A stretch of DNA of 63,994 nt, the filler included, from Basidiobolus ranarum (taxonomy: Eukaryota), in NCBI GenBank assembly GCA_040143965.1. It is 8 parts of 8 records of this genome, joined end to end, with 100 filler letters (N's around TTAATTAATTAA, not from the genome) between each part and the next. Parts side by side here need not be neighbours in the genome. Positions count along the whole stretch, not along the records: positions 1 to 8,044 come from JASJQH010007904.1; positions 8,145 to 16,185 come from JASJQH010007905.1; 6 more parts are not named here. One strand, given 5' to 3'. The notes under the pieces were generated by a model. The model did no database searches and was not told the DNA's origin. It was given only the letters and a program-made list of their open reading frames with translations. Every line of letters starts with the position of its first letter. Positions within the stretch are counted from its first letter, which is position 1. The position numbers were made by a program, and so were the translations under genes. Shown one piece after another: positions 1-12,380 of the stretch.

Positions 1-314
1 TGGATAATTAATCTTTATTCAACATCATAGTTAACTTTAGTTATGATACATATATCAGAAATAGAAAGCAATGTATCTATAGCCCCTATATTCTAAATAG
101 GAATATCTCTACATCTAAATAACAAGTGTGTTGTATTACCCCCACTTATCTATTAAATTGTATTACACAAACTCCTGAATATCTCAAACAACTGATTTAC
201 TTTTCTACTTTATAAGTCACCTTATACTCTTAAGAATAAAGTAACTAAAACATACTATCATAAGTTGCTTTGAATACTCAAAGTCTACCACCATTAGGTC
301 AAGATCCTCCAACA
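1..314 (+). mobile_element. LTR-like element (family B), 5' end clipped, abutting copia integrase
   Basis: Ends in ...CTCCAACA at 314, and copia integrase codons start immediately after. Bases 1-180 align with the reverse complement of ~5020-5211, which begins TGTTGG. Confidence 0.55.
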
Positions 315-1985
315 GTTTTACTAGAAGTCTGTCTGACTCCACCCCATACCAAGCTTGGTTTGGAGTTAAATCTGATGTAAAACCTTTGAGGATCTTTGGA
401 TGCATTGCTCATGTCAAACTTAAGACAAATAATTGGCTTGGAGTTGATCCAAAAAGTAAGAAATGCATATTTCTTGGTGAATGTACTCAAACTAAGGCTG
501 ATGAGGACCAGGCTTTGATTGAAGATCAAATTTGGATTTTAACCCACTTACCTGATGGTAAAAATCAATTGGCTGTGGATGGGTATTTTAATTGAATTCA
601 GCTCTGCTGGCAATATAGAAAGATACAAGGCCAGACTAGTAGACAAAGTCTATTCCCAACCACCAGGAATAGTTTATAAAGAAACTTTTGCTCCTGTAGC
701 AAAGTTTAATTCAAATAGATTAACTTTAGCAATTTCAGATAAATATTAGTTTATTATACATCAAATGGATGTTAAAACCACTTTTCAATGGTGAGCTTGC
801 TGAGGAGATCTATATGGACCAGCCTGACTGATTTGTGGATGCAGAAAACCCTGAATAAGTTTGCAGACTCTGAAAACACTCTATTGCTTAAAACAATCTC
901 CAAGGGATTGGAATAGCAAGATAAATGCTTCATTGGAAACACTCAAATTTCAAAAGTGGAACACTGACTACAGTATCTATTCCAGGCCTGATAAGACATA
1001 CCCAGATTTATTAGCCTTATATGTGGATAACCTTATTATAGTAACCAATGACTTGAACACTTTGGAGAAAACCTAATCTGGCTTACCTGCCAAATTCAAA
1101 ATGATTGATCTTGGTGAACTGATGTACTATATTGGAATCCAAATTAAGATAGATAGAACTACCAAAACAATAACTTTAAACCAGTCCAAGTCTAACCTAG
1201 ATATACCAAAGAAGTCTAAAATGGAAGAATGTTATCCAGTATCAACCATAATGGAGACAAATCTGAACTTGTCCAAAAATAGCTCAAATCTGACATTCTT
1301 AATACAATTAAAAGCTAGAAATTTCCTTATCAATCTATGGTTGTTAGTTTGAGGTATATTATGACTGAAACATGGCCAGATATTGCATATTCTGTGCAAG
1401 TTATGTGCCAATTTCTTCAAAATTATGAATTTGAACAAATCATAGCGGTTAAGCAAATATTCAGATATTTCAAATGTATTATGGATCTGTGCTTGAAGTG
1501 CACATACTCTTAATAAACTTTGATTTGATGGGATATTGAGATGCTACTTGGGCAAGAGATATGTAAGACAGGAGATCTACTACAGGATATATATTTTTTT
1601 GTTATAATAGAGCTATATCTTGGAATTCAAAGAAATAACCTACCCTAGCACTCTCAAAAGCAGAAGCATAATACATGACTGCTTGTGAAGCAGCAAAAGA
1701 AGCATTATGGGTAAGGAAACTCCTAACAGATTTAGGATATTGTGAAATCACACCAACTACAATATTTCAAGATAATCAAAGTTGAATAAATTAGCTAAAA
1801 GTCCCATGTTTCATAATAGAAGCATGCATATAGATATTAAGCATCACTTCATTAGAGAGATTATAGAGAATAAGTTTAGTGACTCAACTTATTGTTCTAC
1901 AGAAGACAGGATTGCTAATATATCAACCAGACCATTAGAATTATGAAATTTAAGAAATTTAGACCTTTATTAGATCAGTATAAAT
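315..1985 (+). mobile_element. Degenerate Ty1/copia pol (integrase C-terminus, RT, RNase H) with many stops and frameshifts
   Basis: Motifs TPYQAWFG..LRIFGCIAHV, IERYKARLV, ETFAPVA, HQMDVKT, LKQSPRDW, LYVDNL (YVDD), MIDLGE, RRSTTGY and HIDIKHHFIRE occur in copia domain order. Confidence 0.93.
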
Positions 1986-2006
1986 GACCATTTAGCTGAG
2001 CAAGAG

Positions 2007-2350
2007 TGTTGAAATTAGCATTGCCTAAGCACCTATATAGTCATATAGAGCTTAGTATTTAGTTATCTTATATTTCACTACAATATTATCCATTATTCTC
2101 AATCAGAAATTTCTTATAATATTTTTACCTACTCAGAAGTTTTCAGATATATAGATATTTAAACTTGTGCTAGAAGCCCCAGATTTGCACAGGTGTTGCT
2201 GGGACATTCTGTAGTACATTCTACACATTAGCTTGTTTACATCTTAGCCAAACTATAAATGCCAACTTTCTACTCAATATATCTTTACGTGAAAACCACC
2301 AAGTCCTCTAATTCTCCAAACCACTTCTAACAGGCTGTCAAGTACTTTAA
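2007..2350 (+). mobile_element. 3' LTR of the copia element (LTR family A)
   Basis: Starts TGTTGAAATTAGCATTGCC directly after RNase H and a purine-rich tract. Homologous to 61369-61682 and to the reverse complement of 48754-48977. Confidence 0.85.
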
Positions 2351-2449
2351 AAGAGTTTACCCAAAGTTTTATTGTTGAATGTTAATCTTCATTAGAATCA
2401 TCAGGTTTTTGCAGTTATTTACATTGTAACTTTGTCCTTATATAACCTG

Positions 2450-4300
2450 ATCAATTGAATATTACTTATCAAAAAATCTTTTACTTTCAGGAATGCTGTT
2501 GGACTTCTCTCACTTAGAGCAATTCTAAATGAGCATTTGGGCAGATCAGTAAGTTCATCACCCATGACAAAGATAACTTGTGCCCTACACCCAACATAAA
2601 CACAGATTTATTTGTATTATTCTTGATTGTCTCACTTGCTAAAAAAATGAGAAACAGAGTGAAATTTCAAGTTAATGCAATATTAGCAGCTATTGTGTTA
2701 TCAACACTAATTTCATTAAACTATGATTCCTTTTGCATTTATGATATGTATCCTGATCTTAAAACATGCATTGAATCCATGTTATATTTTGTAGAATAAA
2801 CAAACTTTATCAGTAGTAATTGGAGTTTGCAATAGTTAGAAATTGCTATGACATCTCACCTAGTTACAGTTGTTTGGCCATAATGTCCAGAGCTACAGTG
2901 TCATCAATATAGAGGCTATCAAATCAGAATTTTGCAGAATTTAAACTTTGAGGGTAACAACAAGGTCAGGTGAAAATATATGAGACAGTGACAGCAAAAA
3001 CCTAAGTCTACTAATAACAATTTAACAATCCCTATTCATTCCCTTCACAGTTGAACTGGTCCCAGCTATATATGGACATTTGCAATTGGGTTGAAGTGCT
3101 AAATATGCCAAATTAACAGTACAATTTGGTTATTTTTGTGTTCTGCCTGAAGTAACTTGACAGATGATTGGCTACCCATTTGATTAGATTAAAACTCTAA
3201 CTTTGGATGGTATTTCTAGTCAGGTCAAAGTGCAAAAGTAACTTGTCCTTTGACTGTACTCATGTAAGAATATATCACTACCAGAATTAATGTCATTGGG
3301 TTAGTTAGCCTTCCAAAACAACTATTGAATGTCATCTTAAAAACCCAACTTATCTCATGTAGCCTAGCTCAAATTTGTGACTTGGAACAGGGACATTGTT
3401 GTCCCACTCTGTCTCAATGTTTAGCAAACATAGATTCTTTGCAGACTCCAGAAATCTGAACCTTTGAAAGAAAGTCTTACCCATATAGATTTACTGAGAA
3501 CAAGGGTTAGAATCAGCAGCACAAAAACCCTTGAACTAGTTCATTAAATGTCATTAGTTTAAGTAGTCTTCATTAGTTATTTTAATCACCATTTGGATAA
3601 ATGCTCACTATAACAAAACATTGCTAATCAATGCGTAACTCTGGAATATAATGATGTTGGTCTTGTAAGTTTCCCTAGACAAGTGATCTTTTCAATCATG
3701 TTGAGGATGCAAAAAAATGTTAAACTAGTCCATGATTTCCCAGTTAGTTACAAGAATATAATGGTTGTGTTGCAGCTTAATAAACAAGGCTTTATTCATT
3801 GTGATAATGATAAATTGGCCTAAGGTTGAAAAATAAGGCAACCTGCTACTATTAAATAGTATTTTAAAGTGCTTATGCTATGTTAAAGCTCCATAAAGCA
3901 TGTGGTTTAACTCTGTTTATCAAATTGGATAATAATGTCAATATATATTCAAGCAAACATGATATTTCAGACTAACATGAATAAATACCTCAAATGTAAT
4001 TAGCCCAACAAAACTGAGGATTGTTATCACCCATCAAGCTGTAAATCAATGTAACTAACTCTCAGAGGTGATCACAGAGTACTGGAGTCATCCCATCAAA
4101 GATTATACCTTTTTGAGTAGTTTACACAATATTAAACATCTGTTTTTGATGCTTTAATCTAGGGATGTAACCATAATGCTATTGTTTCTGGTACAGTATT
4201 TTCTAAAATAAATTGTCTGATACTTGGGTAGATGTGACTTTAGGATTGATTTAAGTATAATGTTGGTTTAATTTTGACTCAATTATTCCATAAGATTATT
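2450..4300 (-). mobile_element. Highly decayed Ty3/gypsy-like pol remnant
   Basis: Minus-strand fragments resemble the RT YIDD region (IYIDIII) and the RT-RNase H linker (LLHFDLTRNTI). Almost no CpG. Boundaries approximate. Confidence 0.35.
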
Positions 4301-5019
4301 ACTCTTTGAACAAATATCTCATCCTCACAATGAAAGAAGGGGAGAAATGAAAGGAACTAATCAAACTGGTGAGTCAGTAACAAGTGTGCAGCATAACGAC
4401 CAACAAAAGTAAGCAAACCACATCACTCAACCAAAACAAAATGTTGACATGTGAATAACTAACTAGGTAAGACTATGCAATGACAAACAGGGTTGGATCT
4501 AAACTGAAAGCAGTAACAACAGTCACTGCGCAATCTATAACAATGCTCCATACAAGAACTTCAGGATTTTGATGCAATAGGATTGTAGGAGTGGAGAATA
4601 TGATTGATCTCATGCCAGTCATTATTGAACCTGGACACATTGTTGCTAGGATTCTAACCATTCTAGTGACTCCTTATCTTAGATAGCTGCAACCTAAGCA
4701 TAAAAATCTATCTCTTGACTATATCAAAGAGAAACATAGCCTTTGAGGAAATGATTTTGGGTAGAGGCCTTATTCATTGGTCTATGTTTAGATAGCTTTT
4801 TGATCAAAATCAAACAATGAGGCATCTTAAATTTCCAGTTTTCCGTATAATAGTATTTTAATATATGTATATGCATTCAACAATTAGAATTGTAGTTTTA
4901 AGGGATGCTAAGAGCAAAGGTGAAACAGTCCAATCAGTGGTTATTGATTTTATGTCAGTAGTATATGATCACTTCAAAATGGATTAAGTTGTGACAGGTT
5001 TCTTTCAATAACAATCAAC

Positions 5020-5211
5020 AAATTTCAGTTAGGGAAGTATTTGTGTAATAAGTTAAAATAAGTATGTGTGAGTAATACAACATATGGGTAATTGATATAG
5101 ACTTATTCCCAACTAGGATGTAGGGGCCATAGATACATTACTTTCAGTTTTTGATAGATTTATCTTAACTAAAGTTAATTGAGACATGGTGTATAAATTA
5201 TTTAGCCAACA
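5020..5211 (-). repeat. Second, inverted copy of LTR-like family B
   Basis: Reverse complement TGTTGGCT...TTAACTTTAGTTAAGATAAATCTATC...AATGTATCTATGGCCCCTAC matches 1-180 (TTAACTTTAGTTATGATAC...AATGTATCTATAGCCCCTAT). Confidence 0.7.
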
Positions 5212-5999
5212 AACATGGACTATGACATGAATAGTGTTGTGACCAACTTCTAATGATAACTTTTAACTTAACCAGAACTAGCTGTCCTACTTATCCTTTC
5301 TACAGTCAAAGACAGTTTGATATATATGGTGAAGTGGCAACAGTCCTGTATTCAGTAAAAATTTGCCAGGTGATACATCCAAAGTTAGAATACAATAACT
5401 TGTATGGTTAAATTGGACAATCCATGATGGTTTGGATACAAAAGCAGATAAGTTTATTCAACTTGTCCAAACCAGTGCTTTCAATCTGATATGTTACTGA
5501 TTCCCATCTTGACACTTTTGGCCTGACAATAGTGTTCATAGCATCTAAAGCATTCAAGCATATGTTAAAGCATAAACTTTGGGAACTTCATATTTAGTAG
5601 CATTAAGAAGCACAGTAGCAGTTTACTGGTAAAGTTCATATCATCTGATGACAATGATAGATCCATATTGAATATGTACAAAAGATACAAGTCAACTCAT
5701 ACTGGTCATTAGATTATGGCAGGAAGGTCTAAGAGTTCAAACTCTTGCTATGTACTCAATCTGCAGAGATGCTGGAATTCTTTGATGAAGCAGGATGGCA
5801 ACAGTTACCATTCTTTCTCACATCTTATATAGATAAAACATATTTTCTTCAGAATTAAAACAAGTGATATTAATTGTATTTCCTCAGTTAATAACCTACA
5901 TTCATTGTTAGCTCAAATCTCCAAAAGTTCCAACTGAGTTCATTTAATATAGTACAAGAGAAAAACTGCTTGGAGCACTAGATCAATCCTAGAAATACA

Positions 6000-7900
6000 G
6001 AGTCAGGTAATACATAATTGTTAGTTAGAATCACTTCACATCAAGAATATCATTACTCATGTAATTTGAATTTTTTTTGCAAATACATTCCTAAATAACA
6101 TATGATATCACTCCCAGATCTGATACAACCAATTCATTATTAAAACTATAGCACGTAATACCCTTGACAGATTGAATTGGAGACTTATCTGCCTCTTCAA
6201 CATTAACATTTGTCAAAATCTAGTGTGGAACAAAAATAGATTATTACCATCTTGGGTAATGATTGTATTAGTGAATGAAAGAAAAACTCTTAGGTGCCCT
6301 GCGGCCACTTCTCTCTTTGTATTCATTGTAATCAAAGTTTATGTCTATTTGCAGACAATCAGCTCATTCATCAAGCTCTGCATATATTCCAGTAATATTG
6401 ATCTAAATAAAGAAAAAGTGGGCATGCCACACTATTGGTATTGTGCTATGGTTTACTCAAAAACACCAACTTACTTGGCTTAGACTTAATCAGAATTGAG
6501 CTATGTCTCACCATTTACATTGTGATCACACCTAACATATAACTTAGAATAAATCAGAGAGTGGCTGAAGGCTAATTTACATTGTGTCACCATTTGATTG
6601 GTGACTGTGAGCAATACTTTAAAATCAGATAACCTACTTAGTGATTATGACTAATGCACATATGCCTAGATGAATTAACCACAATACTTTGATATAACTT
6701 GATGGTCATTATATGCCTCAGAATCTAGGTATAGTTTTTACATTAGGAGTAAATACTTTCAATGTAAGGAAATATGGATTATTAAATTGTATTTATAAGA
6801 TATGAGACCAAGCCTAAGCCAACAGAGTCAAAGAATCAACCAGGGCCTCACTGTAGAAACCTAAGTGCTTAATTATAGCATCAGACTAAGAATCCAAGTT
6901 ACAAAACTTGAACATGATATTTAAAGGCTTTCTAGCAAAAAAGTAGTAGATTCAATCTTTCACATGGTAAATTGAACCTGATTCAAGGTGAGGAAATGTA
7001 ATGGCCTGTAGCCTAGTATAATGGTGTTGCTCAAATAATAAATGTGATTTAGATTTGTCAAGAAATTTGAGCTATTTGATTAATGAGTACAAAGATAGAT
7101 GTAATGAAAAAGTTGAGAACAAAGAATTGAAGTCAAGTAAGCAGTGAAAAGGAAAATAAGAGTGTAACAGCACCATTGGTAGCCACTGGGAAATGCCCAA
7201 AAATGTATTATCTTGACTCAAGTAATTTCCAACATGTACAAATCAGGAAACTACCATTTCTTAACCTAATACCAATCAGAACTACATTTAGCTGATTGAA
7301 TAATAACCAAAATCAATCTGAAACACTAAAAAAGAAGTAAAATCAGACAATTCAGTTTATTTTTGATAAATGCTGTGGATGAAGTAAGTTCTTACTCACA
7401 AAGCTACTTGGGCAAGTTATATCAGTCAACTCTTCATACTCCTTTGATCCAAGGACAGCCTCAACTTCCAAAACTACTATCATGGAAACCTGTCTACTTC
7501 ACCACTAACTAATTTCAACTCAATAAACATCAAACTAGCATTCATCAACTTTTTGGTATCATTTTTTAACACTCAACATGATTTTTGTCAGCAAGTTAAG
7601 AGAAACAAGAGTTCTGTTGAAATACAATTGAAAATTCTATTCAGATTCTAAACATGATGGCTTAAGGGAATTATTGTAAAATAACATTGCTGAAGCAAGG
7701 AATTGAAGCAGCATTGAAAACCAAAGCACTTCCTGTCATATATGTTATAGTCAAATAGGATTTCCTTGCAGTAGGTCTAAAAGGATACAAAACCTAATTT
7801 GCATAGAAGTTCTACAAGCAATGCCACACTGTTGGTCATGAATGAACCAATGCTGTTGTACAAATATAAAGAGCTCATACAACTTTTAATGCCATGGATG
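6000..7900 (+). mobile_element. Highly decayed Ty3/gypsy-like pol remnant (RT, RNase H, integrase order)
   Basis: Fragments VYSKT (RT), IT*WSL (RNase H 'RWSL'), ECNSTIGSHW (integrase H..GGH) and a frameshifted DQG-like motif. CpG-free. Confidence 0.4.
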
Positions 7901-8044
7901 TATAAAGTATAAACAGCAGTACTCCATATATTGGAAGCTCTTTGTTTTTATTGCCAAAATACCCTTGTAAAGTTCAATTGTAAGATTTCTGAGTGGTCTT
8001 TTAACTAGCAATATGTCTATATATTCATTTTATAGTGAGATAGC

Positions 8045-8144
8045 NNNNNNNNNNNNNNNNNNNNNNNNNNNNNNNNNNNNNNNNNNNNTTAATTAATTAA
8101 NNNNNNNNNNNNNNNNNNNNNNNNNNNNNNNNNNNNNNNNNNNN
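8045..8144. other. Artificial contig spacer N44-TTAATTAATTAA-N44
   Basis: Fixed 100-bp linker with stops in all six frames. The same linker occurs 7 times in the window. Confidence 0.98.
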
Positions 8145-8625
8145 GTTACTTACAAGGTAGCCGTTTAACGTTGCTACCCAGCCCTTGAATTTTCGGCGAG
8201 CAGTTTTTTAACTGCTTTCAAGTTACTCATGTCAGCATTAGGATAATGCAGTTGGGCAAAGGCATTCTGGCACAAATCACGACTGGTAAATTGGAGATGC
8301 ATTTTATCGTTGGATATATTAGATTAGAAGTGTTCACAGTAAATATGAGTAGAGGTTCTTTTTAATTTACAAATACCAACATACGCATGTGTGACAAGGA
8401 AATCTTTTTTTCTTGGGAGGGTTCCTCTGGGTAACTATCGCACACCAACACAACGGGTGGTGGCTAATAGAAGGATATTACAAATACAGACTAGCACATT
8501 GAAATTAAAAGCAGAAGAGAGCAATGAAGGTCGAAGTAGAGGGAATAAGAGGAAGGGGAGTTCATTTTAGATTACAAATTAGATGCACAAAGTTTAACCG
8601 TTGAGATAGTGGAAGAAAATCCCAC

Positions 8626-9063
8626 TTAGTTAGCAAGTACGTAGTTAAGTTTTCTAGGTGAGGTTTGTCCTTTAGGACTGGGCGATTTGAGCGTAACTCT
8701 GCCACGAGAGCGGTCTTCATACAAAGTGCGTACAGGTCCATGATCTCCAACACGATAAGATACCGAGTAAGGATCAACCCAAAGAACCAAATCTTTAGGC
8801 AAATATTGCTCAATAATAGAGGGATCGATTTGTGCCTGTAAGGCCACAGAGTATAGAAGAGGATCCATTCGACCTGCAAAGTTACAAATGGAACGATAGG
8901 CATTTCCAATAAAGGGTTGATCAACATCCCAATGGGAGGAGAATTTCTGGGACATTATCTGACTCAGGTACTTTTTAAGCTCGTCAGTTTGTTGGGTGGA
9001 TAGTTGACCTGAAGGGATTAGACGGCAGAGGAACTCAGTTGCGGAAGCGATTTCCAGTAGCAT
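8626..9063 (-). CDS. BTG/Tob (antiproliferative, APRO) family protein
   Basis: MxxEI..A..F start, 'HW....P..G.AYRSI' (box A) and 'LPKDLVLWVDPYSVSYRVG' (box B). TATA-like element upstream at ~9125. Confidence 0.9.
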   Translation of the reverse strand: MLLEIASATEFLCRLIPSGQLSTQQTDELKKYLSQIMSQKFSSHWDVDQPFIGNAYRSICNFAGRMDPLLYSVALQAQIDPSIIEQYLPKDLVLWVDPYSVSYRVGDHGPVRTLYEDRSRGRVTLKSPSPKGQTSPRKLNYVLAN

Positions 9064-9387
9064 TATGAATGAAAGGTAAAGTAATAGATATGATGTTGCA
9101 ATCAGATGGTGAATCGCGACCCTCTTATATACGCCATACCCATCTGGAACCTTGTTAGCAACGATTGGATAATATCCAGATTAACGCACATGATGTGGGT
9201 AGTTGACTTTGTTCAGCTACTTATTATGTAAGATTTGACACCAATGTACAATTTACGTGATTTCCCCAATATTTGAGATCCTTGGAAAGGAAAATCTATA
9301 AAAGGAATTCCACTCTAATTCCGTTCCCATTCTGTTCCCAAAACCCCCCACTTTCCATACTAATTTATTTATAGATCATCGACCCTG

Positions 9388-9442
9388 CTAATTAACCAAC
9401 TAATACCGATAACTGCTACTAATTAACCAACTAATACCGATA
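9388..9442. repeat. Direct tandem duplication CTAATTAACCAACTAATACCGATA x2 (31-bp period)
   Basis: Two exact 24-nt copies seen directly, upstream of the BTG gene. Confidence 0.85.
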
Positions 9443-11018
9443 GTTGCTGTTAATTCATCCGAGATCAACAAAGTTTCTATTCTGTAGTGAGGGTGAGGGT
9501 GGGTATCTTTCCGAAGCATCATAGTAATGTACACAATTAATGGCATGTAGGAACAATGTTCTTCCAAAACAATGGGTTTATTTGCTTTGCTGGCGGTGTT
9601 TCATCAGAGCCGATTATTCCAAGGCAATGAAACAATATTTGCAAGTCAAGGAAGTGTGCAGAGAACTCTCCGATGGCCAATCCAGTGAGGTACAATACAG
9701 TGCATCGCTTCAGGGATCGTCATTTTCTTCTTTTGTGACTAAGCATGTGCACTACTATTCTCCTATGCATCTATCTCTTTGACTAATGAAAGTCACGCAA
9801 TTTCTGTACTTTTACATCCGTTTCTTTATCGATGTGCTATATGTTGGATGTGGAACATACATATATGATTGATTAGCTTGGACTTACCATAACCAGCCGC
9901 TTCCTTGGATCTGATTCCAGTAGCCTAGCCATGTGACCTTTGGAAAGTTCCTGCAGTAATTAGTGTGACCATTCGCATTCTAACTTTATTTCCAAAAAAG
10001 TAGGCTACGTTGGATTCTGGAAGCCTACTGACCAGTCATCCACCACATGATCTGATTGATGAACATTTCAACGTAACCGAGTTGAGGCTCGTCCTCACTC
10101 GACAACGTAGTACCAAAGAGTATTGGAAATTGGTAACTGCAACTATACAACTTTATTTTATTCCTGTAGCGCTAACCCTTGAGCTAGAGAGATGATAATA
10201 TTAAGAGTGGTGTAAAGCTAAAGGTGATGATATTGAAGCAATAAAGCAAAAGGAGATTCCATTTCCCTCTAGAGTCGTGGTTTTAGCTACAGCTATTTCC
10301 ATTTTGGTAATGGCGAATGAGATGAAGACTACTGTTCATATCTGTTAGTTCAGATATTGCAATAGGGAATGAATTATTATTATTAGAGTAATTGCTTAGA
10401 ACGTAGTTTTAGAGAAGCTACTAAGAGAGATGTCAGGAGTTCTGAGCATTTCCCTACGTCAGATCGACTGATGTAATTTATAATTGGAGTTAGTCGGTAT
10501 GTTATGTACTTGAGCTGAGTTTTTTATAAGTACGACTCGAACCTTACCCCATTTCCCTGTAGGGACATGAATTTCTGGCAAGCAAAGGTTCAGAATGAAA
10601 TATAGCCAAGAGTCGATGTTCTCATGTGGGAAATGTAGTTAATCTAGACAATTTATGTTTCCACAGATTTAGGGTTTGGGTTCAATGAAGGTTAGGGTGG
10701 CTTCATATTGGATCCAAACGGGTTGATCGGATTGAAAATGGATTTAGAGCCCGGCTACAGACAAATGCTCTATGATTTTAACGACATACATCTGGCGAGT
10801 CTGATTGGATGAAGATTGAAGCGAAATCTAAATGATATACTTGAATGATGATACGTTTGCCTGAAATGCTTCTGTATGATAAGCAAAACCGTCGAGTTGC
10901 GTCACAATGTTTTATTAAAACAATTGGCTCTCACTAGTTTCCTATAAATACTGAAATTAATGCTGCACGCTAAGATCGAGTTTTGTATCCTTCCATATCT
11001 TTTTTTTCTTTCGTCATC

Positions 11019-12380
11019 ATGTCAAAATTTCAAGAGATTGAGTCCTCGTTCACTTTATCACCAGACCTTATAAAGAGCATTGCTTCTAGCATTGTGGATG
11101 ATTTGGAGCAAGGTCTTTCACATACCGATTCTGAAGTTATTGGACAAATTCCTTCTTATGTCACTTCCCTTCCCACTGGAAAAGAAACCGGCACATACCT
11201 AGCTATTGACCTTGGCGGCACCAACCTTCGTACAGCTGCCGTCACCTTGTTAGGAAATGGTCAAGTGGGAGTCAATATGCGTAAATACCCCATCTCAACT
11301 GAGATAAGACAAGGAGAAGGCGCAAAGTTGTTCGATTGGATTGCCGATTGTACAGCTGAGCTATTACAAGATACCACAATCAATGTTGGTACTGCCAACC
11401 TCCATATGGGCGTCACTTTTTCATTTGCCCTTAACCAAACAGCAATCAACCGCGGTACCGTTGGTAAAATGGGTAAGGGCTTCAACCTTACTGGAGTTAA
11501 AGGACATGATTTGAAGGACCTTTTAGAGGATGGTTTCAAGCGTAAGGGACTAGACAATATCATTGTTTCCGCCATCATCAATGATACCGTTGGGACTCTT
11601 GTCTCTCATGCCTACGTTTCCCCAAGTACTAAGATTGGTCTGATTCTGGCTACAGGAACCAATGCTGCTTATCTTGAATCAGGAGCCAAGATTGCTAAGT
11701 ATCAAGGAGCACCGGTCAAAGAAATGATTCTAAATACTGAATACAGTACCATGGCTAAGAATACGTTGCCTTATACGAAATACGATGATGAATTGGATAA
11801 TGAAACCTTTACCCCAGGATTCCAACGACTTGAAAAGATGGTATCTGGTATGTATATAGGAGAGATAGCACGACGCGTCATGGTAGATCTATGCGAGCAT
11901 AAAGAATTGTTCAACGGTGAACTGCCTCGTAACTTGGATAAACCTTATGAATTCAAAACTCTATTCATGTCCACCATTGAGAGTGATTCAAGTCCTGAAC
12001 ATTCGACTGTTGAGGCTATATTTGAAAAGCATTTCCCCCTTCAGCAATCATTGACTAGTGATGATAGAAGTAAAATTCACCGTATTTGTAAGTTAATTGC
12101 CACTCGGTCGGCCAACATTGTAGGTGCTTCCATAGCTGGATTACTACTTCAAGCCAATAATAAGACAGTTTATATGGAGAAAGATGAAACCATTACCATT
12201 GGTATTGATGGTTCAGTCTACGAATTTTACCCATATTTTGCTCGACGCATCAGGCGCTCAATGGAAGTGGTACTTGGCCCAGAGAAGGTAGCTCGCATCA
12301 AGCTAGAGCTAGCCCGCGATGGTGGTTGCATTGGTTCAGCTCTAGTCGCCATGGTTGCAGCAACTAAACAAGTTGAATAA
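11019..12380 (+). CDS. Hexokinase-family protein, atypical (possibly GlcNAc kinase/HxkC-D-like)
   Basis: LAIDLGGTNLR, GVTFSF, INDTVGTL, TGTNAAY, EKMVSGMYIGE and IDGSVYE motifs. ATG at 11019, TATAAATA at ~10943, intronless. Confidence 0.92.
   Translation: MSKFQEIESSFTLSPDLIKSIASSIVDDLEQGLSHTDSEVIGQIPSYVTSLPTGKETGTYLAIDLGGTNLRTAAVTLLGNGQVGVNMRKYPISTEIRQGEGAKLFDWIADCTAELLQDTTINVGTANLHMGVTFSFALNQTAINRGTVGKMGKGFNLTGVKGHDLKDLLEDGFKRKGLDNIIVSAIINDTVGTLVSHAYVSPSTKIGLILATGTNAAYLESGAKIAKYQGAPVKEMILNTEYSTMAKNTLPYTKYDDELDNETFTPGFQRLEKMVSGMYIGEIARRVMVDLCEHKELFNGELPRNLDKPYEFKTLFMSTIESDSSPEHSTVEAIFEKHFPLQQSLTSDDRSKIHRICKLIATRSANIVGASIAGLLLQANNKTVYMEKDETITIGIDGSVYEFYPYFARRIRRSMEVVLGPEKVARIKLELARDGGCIGSALVAMVAATKQVE

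Noticed and set aside
5731..5746. AAGAG-TTCAAA-CTCTT T-arm-like hairpin
   Set aside because: The loop is 6 nt and the rest of a tRNA structure is missing.
8089..8100. Recurrent TTAATTAATTAA palindrome about every 8 kb
   Set aside because: Synthetic six-frame stop linker inside N runs, not a biological repeat or CRISPR array.
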